A stretch of 64,000 nt of DNA from positions 32,001-96,000 of the IMG/VR virus record IMGVR_UViG_3300043466_001519; one strand, written 5' to 3'. Source of the stretch: a virus (lineage: Duplodnaviria > Caudoviricetes). A program made the translations under genes and the position numbers. This document shows, one piece after another, positions 28,938 to 37,870 of the stretch. Below the pieces are notes generated by a model, which saw only the letters and a program-made list of their open reading frames with translations, made no database searches and was not told the origin of the DNA. Every line of letters starts with the position of its first letter. Position 1 is the first letter of the stretch.

Positions 28938-30769
28938 TGAATAATGGTAAAGTAAAATGTACATGCGGATGGAGCTGGAACAAATCTGATTCTAGTAAGA
29001 AAGACATGTATGTATGTCATGAGTGTGGTAGAGATAATTCTAACAACATGAAAAATGGTGGTTGGTTAGATAGCTATGCTGATGGTGGATCTATGCAAGA
29101 ACACCAAGAGAACTATAATGATAATTCTGTTTCTTTACCAGAAGGATATGTAGGTGAAGGATATAATACCAAAGGTAGAGATTATTCTCCTGCATGGGGA
29201 GGGCAGTTTCAAATGGGTGGATCTGTATATCCAGTTAATTATGTTCCTCAAGCACAAATGGGTGGTTCTATTCCAGGAGCTGTAGGTTTCTCATATGCAC
29301 GTACAAACAATCCTGCTCCAAGCAATGGTCCTTATGCAAAGAAAACAATGGCTAGTGCACAGAATGGAACTGTTAAAGAATCTACTTCTGTAAATAGAGA
29401 TAGAAGAATTCCTTCAGTAAAAGATGTTATTAAAAAAGTTCCAGGTACAAAAGCTTACAAAGATGTATATGGAAACTTATTAGAAAAAGATGATGATGGA
29501 GTTTATAAACCTCGACAAAAAGAAAAAGAAGAAGTTAGAAAACATGTTCCTCAATCTAAATTATCTAAAGCAAAAGAAATAGCACTTAATCCAATGACTG
29601 CTGCAGGATATAAAGTGAGAAACGAAGATATTCCTGACAATTTTAGTTCAGGAGAAAGAAACAATCTTGATACAGCTGTTGATTTTATTAATCCTGTATA
29701 TTATGCTGAGTCTGCAAAAAATCTTGCAGAAAGTCAAGGACAAGTGTTTAGTGATTTGTCTGAAGGTAACTTTGGAGATGCTGCTTTAAATCAAACAATG
29801 GCAGGTGTAGAAGCTCTTAATTTTATTCCTATAGCAAAAGGAGCAAAACCATTTGTTCAAAAAGGAATGAAACAATTAGGAAATATTAAAACAAGTATAT
29901 CTCCTGAGTTAAGACAAGGATTAAGAGCTAATGGATTTTCAGAAATTTTTAAATCTAAACCTAAATCAGAAATAAATTGGGGAAATTGGAATAAAGAAAT
30001 TCCTGATAATCCTCAATTAATGAAAGAATATGATGCGATAGAACAAACAACTAAAGCTAATGGCAGTTGGATGAAGAATCCTGATGGTTCTGCTTTTCAA
30101 GGAACGCCTGAACAATTTGTACAACAGAATAGTGAGAATTTTAAAAAAGCTTTTGGTAATACAAAAGTAAGAGATGTAGATGGAAATATACAAATAGCAA
30201 ACCACAGTACAAATGCAGAGTTTGATGAATTTGATTTAAGTAAATTTGGGACATCTACAGATGATGGTTTTTATGGAAAAGGAGTGTACTTTCATCCTAA
30301 GACCAACAACGTAGCACTATACGGAGATAAAAATATCAATGCTTACTTAAACATTGAAAACCCAATGCCAAAGGATATAGTACCTTATTTTGGAAGAGAA
30401 GGAAAAGGATCTTTTTGGAATGAAGACTATACAAAACAGACGGTGGTAGATGATGTAAGCTCCCTATGGAAAAATAAACACGATGGGGTAATAACAGACC
30501 ACCTTGAAAAATACGGAGATTTTAACTCAACAGAATATGTAACAAACCCTAAAAATATAAAATCAGCAATAGGTAATAATGGAATGTTTGATATGACTAA
30601 TCCTAATATATATAAATCTGTATTACCAATAGGTTTAGGATTAGGAGCAGCTTCTCAAATAGAACAAAAGAAACAAGGAGGAATAATTAAAGATGATAGA
30701 GGACAATGGGCAAAAAATAAAAAAAATTTACTACCTTTACAATCTAACTGGTTAAATAAATTTGAATAA
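28937..30769 (+). CDS. Putative ejection/cargo protein with Zn ribbon, xxGG repeats and ADP-ribosyltransferase-like (ART-PolyVal-like) domain
   Basis: CTCG...CHECG; NHST...FDEFD...FYGKGVYF...YLNIENP...HDGVI...NIKSAIGNNGMF. Confidence 0.65.
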   Translation: MNNGKVKCTCGWSWNKSDSSKKDMYVCHECGRDNSNNMKNGGWLDSYADGGSMQEHQENYNDNSVSLPEGYVGEGYNTKGRDYSPAWGGQFQMGGSVYPVNYVPQAQMGGSIPGAVGFSYARTNNPAPSNGPYAKKTMASAQNGTVKESTSVNRDRRIPSVKDVIKKVPGTKAYKDVYGNLLEKDDDGVYKPRQKEKEEVRKHVPQSKLSKAKEIALNPMTAAGYKVRNEDIPDNFSSGERNNLDTAVDFINPVYYAESAKNLAESQGQVFSDLSEGNFGDAALNQTMAGVEALNFIPIAKGAKPFVQKGMKQLGNIKTSISPELRQGLRANGFSEIFKSKPKSEINWGNWNKEIPDNPQLMKEYDAIEQTTKANGSWMKNPDGSAFQGTPEQFVQQNSENFKKAFGNTKVRDVDGNIQIANHSTNAEFDEFDLSKFGTSTDDGFYGKGVYFHPKTNNVALYGDKNINAYLNIENPMPKDIVPYFGREGKGSFWNEDYTKQTVVDDVSSLWKNKHDGVITDHLEKYGDFNSTEYVTNPKNIKSAIGNNGMFDMTNPNIYKSVLPIGLGLGAASQIEQKKQGGIIKDDRGQWAKNKKNLLPLQSNWLNKFE

Positions 30770-30770
30770 A

Positions 30771-31457
30771 ATGGTAACACAAGATTATAAATATCAAACT
30801 ATAGAAGGTGTAGTAAACAAAAGATGTTCAAGATGTAGAGTTTTTAAACCTATTACTTTTGAGTATTATGCTAAAGGACAAGATAGTAAATATGGAATTA
30901 AATCACATTGTTTAGAATGTAACGACAAGCCTAAATTTAACTTTCCTAACTTTAATGAAAAAGGGTTATTATTTTGTAGAAAATGTGAAATATATAAAAC
31001 TGAAGAGGAGTTTCATACACAAAAAGAAAACAAGCATAGAAATGGTAAAACTAGTCATTGTAAACAATGTAATAATGATTATAAAACTAATTTTAGAAAA
31101 TCTACAAAAGGTGAAGACTTAGAGAGACATTTAAGTAAAATACTTTCTACATGTAAACTTAGAAGCAAAAAATTAAAATTATCAAGTTTTGAATTTGAAT
31201 TAGATGTAAATTTTTTAAAACAATTATTTAAAACACAAAATAAAAAGTGTAAATTATCTGGACTAGAAATGACATATATTATTAACAATGGTAAATCCAT
31301 ATATAATATTTCTGTAGATAGAATTAAAAGTAATAAAGGATATACAAAAGACAATGTACAGTTAGTTTGTAATCAAATTAATACAATGAAAAATTCTTTA
31401 GAAGAAGAGGATTTTTTATTTTTTTGCAAAACAATAGTTAATAATTATGAAAGGTAA
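30771..31457 (+). mobile_element. Free-standing HNH/EndoVII-like homing endonuclease with two N-terminal Zn-finger repeats
   Basis: CSRC..CLEC, CRKC..CKQC and CKLSG...SVDRIKSNKGYTKDNVQLVCNQINTMK; Lys-rich; inserted among cargo genes. Confidence 0.8.
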
Positions 31458-34400
31458 AGTTAGTAATACAGGGTATAAAAAAAATTCTAAAGATAAGAAT
31501 AATGATTACAACATTATTCCTACTAACAGAATTACTATGAAAAATGTTGATTTTCCAGTTTTAGGAATATCTGATAAGAATGATGTAAGAGTAATGTATC
31601 CAGGAGAAGAACATTTATTTGATGGAAACTCTGTTTTAGAATATCGTATGGCAAAAAATGGAATTAATCAACAAGATCAAAAAGTTGATGAACAATTAAA
31701 ACAATTAACTGATTTTTCTAATAATCAAATGAATATTGGAGGAAATATAAAAAAATCATATAATATGAAATCAGAATTTCTTAAAATAGCAGGAGTAAAA
31801 AGTGACTCTGCTTTTTACAAAAAATATCCAACTGAAGCAGCATTCTTCAAAGCTCATCCAGAAGCTAAGAAAATGATAAAGAAAGCACAACAAGGAGCAA
31901 TGATGTCAGGTATGAGTTCTTATTTGCAAGGAATGCAAGGAATGAATAATCTTCCTAACATGCAGAACATGATGCAAGGACAAACACAATCTGTTGGTGT
32001 AAATGCTGGAATGTTTAATGGTCCACAAGTTGACAATAGTGTATCTACAATTAATGCTTCTACATTAGCAGATGATAAGTCTGGATACGCTTCTCCTGGA
32101 GGGCCTAACACTAATGTTGGAAAAATGAATAACATTGGAGATCAAGTTAGCAAGTTCGCTGGACCAGCTGGAGAACTTATTTCTGGTTATCAAAACTTAA
32201 GAGCAGGTAGAAGAGCTAAAAAAGAAGCACAGAAATGGGCAAATGTTACAGATGTTCAAGCAAGAGCAGCTGAATCTACAGATGTTGATGACTTAAGACA
32301 ATACACTGAGAATGCAAGAAAGAAAGCAAATGCAATGATGCCTGAAATGACAGGTGAAGAATTCTTTCCTGTATATGGTGTAGGAACAAATGTTCTTGCT
32401 AGAAATGGTGTTAGGTTACAAGAAGGAGGAATGGTTGGTGGTAACCCAACAGAGATACAAAATACATATGAAGGAGGAAATGATATTTATTCAGATCTTG
32501 AATATGAACCATTGTATAATGTAAACCAAGTTAAATCATATAGAATGGGAGGATACCTTCCTAAAGCACAAGGTGGAGCAGAAATGTTTGATCCATCTAG
32601 TATGATGTCTTCAATGGGTGGAGCTAGTGGAGGAGGAACTCCATGGGGAGCAATTGGAGGAATGGGTTCTAGTCTTGCTGGTAATATGACAGGAAATGAT
32701 GGTGGTGGACAAATTGGTGGTGCTATTGGTGGTGCTGCTGGTATGGCTATTGGTGGTCCAGCAGGACAAGCAATTGGTCAAACTGTAGGTACACTTGCTG
32801 GTGGATTACTTGATACAAATGATAGAGATCAAAGAAAAGCTGAAGCAAAAACTAAAAATAATATGAATAGAATCATGGCTTCTCAATTCAAAGATTCTGT
32901 TCATTCACAATATGGATCTTATATGAGAAATGGTGGATACATGAATCCTGAATACAATCCACAAGTGATCACAATGTTTGGAGATGTTAATGATCAAGAC
33001 TTTGCTGATTTTGCACATAAAGATGAATTCAGAGCTGGTGGACATTTAAAAGCTTATAGAGAACCTAGTGAAAGAGCTATGCAAACTTATGCTATGGGTG
33101 GTGAACTTCAAACGCATTGGGGTGGATATGCTGAACCTATGTCTGAAAATCCATACCTACCTGGTAGTGGAGAAACTGTAATGTTCAGAGGAAAATCTCA
33201 CGATGAGTCTGATGGAAAAGGTAACACTGGTATTGGTATTACATATGGTGATAATCCTGTAGAAGTGGAAAGAGGAGAACCTGCTGTAAAACTAAAAGAT
33301 GGATCTTCAGGAGAAGAAAGTCTTGTTGTATATGGTAATTTAAAAATACCTAATCAATACATAGATTTATTAGGAGATCCTAAAGCTAAAGGTAAGAAAT
33401 TTAAAAACTATATAGCTGATCTTTCTAAAACAGAAGCTAAGCAAAATAAACTTATTGAGAAATCAACCAATGAGTTGAATAGTCTTGATGTAAAAAATTC
33501 TTTTGATAGATTAAAACTTTCTGCATTAGAAGCAAACATTAAAGGAGGTAACATGAAACTTAAAGACATTGCTAATAAGAAAATAAAAGCTGCTGATTTA
33601 CAGAATGCTATTAATGATACAGCAGAAGAATATGGACTTGTTGCAGATGATCTTGCAAGAGGTAAAGCAACAGTAGATAAAAAAGCTATGAAAGAATATG
33701 CTAAGTTTGGAAAGTCTATTCCAAAAGCACAATATGGTTTAGAAGTTTGGGAAGGTAATAAAACTGGCTTAGGTAAAAAGACCGCATCTGAGTTTACATT
33801 AGATCAATGGAATGAAGTAGCTAAAAAATATGGATTCAAAGGACAAGGTAATTTAGAATTTCAAAAATTCTTAATGACTCATCCCGAAACTTCTAAAATA
33901 ATTAAAGCTAGACACAATATGTTATATGGAAAAAATCCAGAAACAGATCCTGAATTATATGATTCTAAATTAGGAAGAGGATATGCTGCTGCTGAATTAT
34001 TAGACATGCCTTCAGTTCGTACTGAACCAGAAAAAAGAAAAAATACACCAGCTAAAGAGGAAGTAGATGAATCATTTGAAACAGTTCCTTATAAAAGAAG
34101 TGCATTGCTAGATATATTTGGACAAGTGCTTCCATACATTAGACCAACAGATCAAGAAGAATTAGATCCACAACAATTAATGGGAGAGATGTATGCTATG
34201 TCAAGTAATCAATTAGAACCTGTACAAGCAACACCATACACTCCACAATTAAGAGTTCCTTATGATATATCATTACAAGATCAGTTGAATGAAATAACTG
34301 CTGATCAAAGAAGTGCTCAAAGAATGATGGGATATAATCCTGCTGCTCAGGCTAATCTTGCTGCACAAACATATGGTGCTAAATCAAAAGTGTTAGCTGA

Positions 34401-34959
34401 TCAGTTTAGAATGAATCAAGCTATGAAAGATCAAGTGTATTCTGGAAATATTGCAACATTAAATGATGCAGAGTTAAAGAATTTAGAAATCTATGATCAA
34501 CAATATCAAAGACAAGAACAAGCTAAGAGTAATACTAAAGCTACAGCACAGGCTGCTCTTAATTCTGTTGCTGATAAATATGCTAAAAACAAATTAGAGA
34601 ATAGAACATTAGGTGTTATGGAAAATATGTATAATTATAGATATGATAAATCTGGAAGAGCTGTAAACATGAATGCTCCTTTCCAACCAAATATTCCTTA
34701 TATATATGGAAATGATGGTAAGCCTACTCATAAGATAATTTATGCTAAAGATAAAAAAACAATATTAGGATATGAACCTGTTGGTAAAACAACTAAAATT
34801 CCATCAAGTGCAACTTCTCCTATAGCTCCAGAAGAAAATGTTGATTCAGAAAGTTATTCTCCAATAGATGAAGATGATATAATGTATCAAGAAAGAAATG
34901 GTGGAAAAACAAAAAAGAAAAAATATTCACAAAGTTCAATTGTAAGAGCTTTTAAATAA
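31447..34959 (+). CDS. Ejection/cargo protein with a Gly-zipper membrane segment
   Basis: GGQIGGAIGGAAGMAIGGPAGQAIG; GKSH..G..VEVERGE; many xxGG repeats; lies upstream of the vRNAP. Confidence 0.7.
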   Translation: MKGKVSNTGYKKNSKDKNNDYNIIPTNRITMKNVDFPVLGISDKNDVRVMYPGEEHLFDGNSVLEYRMAKNGINQQDQKVDEQLKQLTDFSNNQMNIGGNIKKSYNMKSEFLKIAGVKSDSAFYKKYPTEAAFFKAHPEAKKMIKKAQQGAMMSGMSSYLQGMQGMNNLPNMQNMMQGQTQSVGVNAGMFNGPQVDNSVSTINASTLADDKSGYASPGGPNTNVGKMNNIGDQVSKFAGPAGELISGYQNLRAGRRAKKEAQKWANVTDVQARAAESTDVDDLRQYTENARKKANAMMPEMTGEEFFPVYGVGTNVLARNGVRLQEGGMVGGNPTEIQNTYEGGNDIYSDLEYEPLYNVNQVKSYRMGGYLPKAQGGAEMFDPSSMMSSMGGASGGGTPWGAIGGMGSSLAGNMTGNDGGGQIGGAIGGAAGMAIGGPAGQAIGQTVGTLAGGLLDTNDRDQRKAEAKTKNNMNRIMASQFKDSVHSQYGSYMRNGGYMNPEYNPQVITMFGDVNDQDFADFAHKDEFRAGGHLKAYREPSERAMQTYAMGGELQTHWGGYAEPMSENPYLPGSGETVMFRGKSHDESDGKGNTGIGITYGDNPVEVERGEPAVKLKDGSSGEESLVVYGNLKIPNQYIDLLGDPKAKGKKFKNYIADLSKTEAKQNKLIEKSTNELNSLDVKNSFDRLKLSALEANIKGGNMKLKDIANKKIKAADLQNAINDTAEEYGLVADDLARGKATVDKKAMKEYAKFGKSIPKAQYGLEVWEGNKTGLGKKTASEFTLDQWNEVAKKYGFKGQGNLEFQKFLMTHPETSKIIKARHNMLYGKNPETDPELYDSKLGRGYAAAELLDMPSVRTEPEKRKNTPAKEEVDESFETVPYKRSALLDIFGQVLPYIRPTDQEELDPQQLMGEMYAMSSNQLEPVQATPYTPQLRVPYDISLQDQLNEITADQRSAQRMMGYNPAAQANLAAQTYGAKSKVLADQFRMNQAMKDQVYSGNIATLNDAELKNLEIYDQQYQRQEQAKSNTKATAQAALNSVADKYAKNKLENRTLGVMENMYNYRYDKSGRAVNMNAPFQPNIPYIYGNDGKPTHKIIYAKDKKTILGYEPVGKTTKIPSSATSPIAPEENVDSESYSPIDEDDIMYQERNGGKTKKKKYSQSSIVRAFK

Positions 34960-35001
34960 CAAATTTAATTATAAATACTTATGTGACGTGGAATATTTAT
35001 A

Positions 35002-35032
35002 TTGTATTATATAATTATTTCTGTTACATTTG
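35002..35032 (+). promoter_or_regulatory. Promoter TTG-N20-TACATTTG for the large cargo/RNAP genes
   Basis: Consensus match ending 16 nt before the ATG at 35049. Confidence 0.7.
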
Positions 35033-35048
35033 CTAATCAATAAATATT

Positions 35049-37868
35049 ATGGCAAGTTTTACTGACTCGATACCTCAATTTAACCCTTACGTGCAACAAT
35101 TACCTGTAGAGGCAATGGTTCAAGTAGGTATGTACAAACAAAAGCAATATGATGAGGGAATACAAAAAATACAAACTAGCATTGATAATATTGCTGGACT
35201 TGAAGTTAGTAGAGATGTAGATAAAGCTTATTTACAATCTAAACTTAATCAACTTGGTAGCGATCTTAGAACAGTTGCTGCTGGAGATTTTTCAAATTTC
35301 CAGTTAGTTAACTCTGTCAATGGAATGACTAATCAAATTGTTAGAGATCCAAATGTACAAAATGCTGTTAGTTCTTCTGCTAAACGTAAAAAAGAAATGC
35401 AATTGATGGAAGAAGCTCGTAAAAAAGGTGAACTTAATCCATCAAATGAATATGTTTTCAAAGTTAAAGATAGTGCTTGGATGGATAGTACAGAGTTAGG
35501 TCAATTTTATAATGCTCAATACACTCCATATTTTGATACAGAAAAGCATATAAGAGAGTCATTTAAAGGTTTAGAAAAGGATGGTGTAAGTGTTGATCAG
35601 ATATTTCAAACTGATGCTAATGGTAAGATTATGATGAGTAATGGACAGCCTGTACTATCTCCTTATATGAAAAGACTTAAAAAAGAAGGAATGTTTCCAG
35701 AAAAAGTGAAAGCTACAATTGAACAAGCTTTCTCTGATGGAAGAGTAAGCCAACAACTTTCTATAGATGGACAATATACATACAGAGGATATCAACAGGA
35801 AACATTAGGACAAAAAGTTTTAGAAGATAAAGATAAAATAATGACTCAATACGAAAATGAGCTTCTTGATTTAAATCTTAAAAAATCTTTTGGTGCAAAT
35901 GTGAATGATCAAATAGATGAAATGGTTGAAAAAATGAAAGGGATAGATAAATCATATAATGATTTATATAATTCTGCATTTGACAATCCAGATGCAGTTA
36001 GAGGAATGATTTATAAAGATGATGTTAAAAGAAGATGGACCTCTATGTATAGCAACATAGTACAAACAGAAGAAGTTGTTGATAGTCCTGCTTATAAAAT
36101 GAGATTTGATGAAGAAAAAGAATTACAAAGAAGAAGAGAGAAAGCTTTTGATCAACAATTAGAAGTTAAGAAATTTGAAAGAGAGGATTACTGGAAAGAT
36201 AAAAATTATAAATTAGATGTTCAAAAAGCACTAAATGAATCTAATAAAGGAAAACCAGGAAAAACAGGAGGAGTAACTGGAACAGGATATGGAGATCCTA
36301 CAAGTGGAATAGAAAATCCATATGCAACAGATAAAGATAACCAAGCTATTATATTAGCAGAAAATAAATATAACACTGCTGCAGATAGTTATAATTATAA
36401 TAGAGATGAATTCATTTGGAAAACAATTTATAACACTGGTAAAAATGCTGATGAGAATAATGCTAGAGCTCAAAAAATTGTTGAAGAAGGAAGAGCAAAT
36501 GGAAAAGATATAACAATTCAACAAGCTAGATCTATAATGATAGATAGAGCTGCTAAAAGAGATAAACAAAATCCTTACGAATTCAGAAGAAAATGGTTTA
36601 ATGAAGCAGAGAAACGAGTAAATGATCCAAAGAATACATTGAATTCAGATAAATCAGTGATGAACTTGTACACTTCTACAATGAAAACAAAAAAACTTTG
36701 GGAAAGTGAAAAGTCATTAAAAGACGAAAGAGATAAAGTTGAATTAAATACATTAGATAGAATAGGAGCATCAGAAGAGTTTAAAAATTTAAAAGATGAA
36801 ACTATTGATTATAGAGGACAGAAAGTTAAAATTACTAAACAAGATCAAATTGATATTGCTGCTTATATTGCAGGAAAAGAAAGTGTTTTGTATGGATTAG
36901 ATTCTTCAGATGTTGAAATACAATCTGCAAATTTAGCAAAAAGAAGACTTGATAAAAAAGGATTGGGAGATATTGCTGAGAGATACTTACAAATTAATAG
37001 AATGTATAGCACATCAAGTGGTCCTATAGATTTTGGAGTGGGATTAGTTAGTGAGACAGCAAGTGGAATTGTAGATTTATTTAAAGGAGGAGGAACTGAT
37101 GATTATGGATTAGATAAAAAAATTAAAACATTAGTAAAATCTGTAAAAGAAAAAGAATACACAAAAGCTTATGCATCTAAAGCGTCTGTAGCTAGAGCTC
37201 AATATAACATTGCTCCAAATAAAACATTCAATCTTATGAGTGATGATAAAGGTACTAATGATTTACTAAGATCTGATTTAGGTACAATTGCTTCTACATT
37301 TCAAACAGGAGGTAAGAATCAGAATCTAGCTTCAGATGATGAGTTTAAATCATTTATTGCAGACATTAAAGATGAAGATGCTACATTTACAATAACCTCA
37401 GAAGTAGATGAAGCAGGTAATCCTGTAACAGCAGTTGTGTCTATCGATAAAGATGGTAAACCTTCAGGTAGAATGGTTTTAAATCCTGATCAATCTACTA
37501 AGTTAGGTTATGATGTAAACATGATGTTTGAAACAAATGAGGTTACAGCAATGAAATCTATAATGAACAGTAGAGGAGGAAAAACATGTTTTGGTGAACC
37601 ATATGACATTGATACTTATTCAGTAGGAGATAATGCATATTATGATTTACATGCAGGAGATTTTCCAAACGTTAAAAATAAAAATATTACAGTTAAAGGA
37701 AACGTGTTAGAACAAGATGGTTTATATTTTGGTTACATTTATGTAAACAATGGTAACTCTGAACCAAAAGTTAAATCTCTTCCACCTTCTGATAACTTAT
37801 CAACATTAAACACTGCAATGCAAACTGTAGTGAACGATCAATTTATACAGTCTATTTTAAAAGAATAA
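35049..37868 (+). CDS. Large virion cargo protein
   Basis: 939 aa; N-terminal PYVQQLP...KQKQYDEG; directly before the vRNAP. Confidence 0.65.
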   Translation: MASFTDSIPQFNPYVQQLPVEAMVQVGMYKQKQYDEGIQKIQTSIDNIAGLEVSRDVDKAYLQSKLNQLGSDLRTVAAGDFSNFQLVNSVNGMTNQIVRDPNVQNAVSSSAKRKKEMQLMEEARKKGELNPSNEYVFKVKDSAWMDSTELGQFYNAQYTPYFDTEKHIRESFKGLEKDGVSVDQIFQTDANGKIMMSNGQPVLSPYMKRLKKEGMFPEKVKATIEQAFSDGRVSQQLSIDGQYTYRGYQQETLGQKVLEDKDKIMTQYENELLDLNLKKSFGANVNDQIDEMVEKMKGIDKSYNDLYNSAFDNPDAVRGMIYKDDVKRRWTSMYSNIVQTEEVVDSPAYKMRFDEEKELQRRREKAFDQQLEVKKFEREDYWKDKNYKLDVQKALNESNKGKPGKTGGVTGTGYGDPTSGIENPYATDKDNQAIILAENKYNTAADSYNYNRDEFIWKTIYNTGKNADENNARAQKIVEEGRANGKDITIQQARSIMIDRAAKRDKQNPYEFRRKWFNEAEKRVNDPKNTLNSDKSVMNLYTSTMKTKKLWESEKSLKDERDKVELNTLDRIGASEEFKNLKDETIDYRGQKVKITKQDQIDIAAYIAGKESVLYGLDSSDVEIQSANLAKRRLDKKGLGDIAERYLQINRMYSTSSGPIDFGVGLVSETASGIVDLFKGGGTDDYGLDKKIKTLVKSVKEKEYTKAYASKASVARAQYNIAPNKTFNLMSDDKGTNDLLRSDLGTIASTFQTGGKNQNLASDDEFKSFIADIKDEDATFTITSEVDEAGNPVTAVVSIDKDGKPSGRMVLNPDQSTKLGYDVNMMFETNEVTAMKSIMNSRGGKTCFGEPYDIDTYSVGDNAYYDLHAGDFPNVKNKNITVKGNVLEQDGLYFGYIYVNNGNSEPKVKSLPPSDNLSTLNTAMQTVVNDQFIQSILKE

Positions 37869-37870
37869 TA

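Noticed and set aside
30700-31460. Group I intron around the endonuclease
   Set aside because: The flanking non-coding space is too short and I see no P/Q/R/S core.
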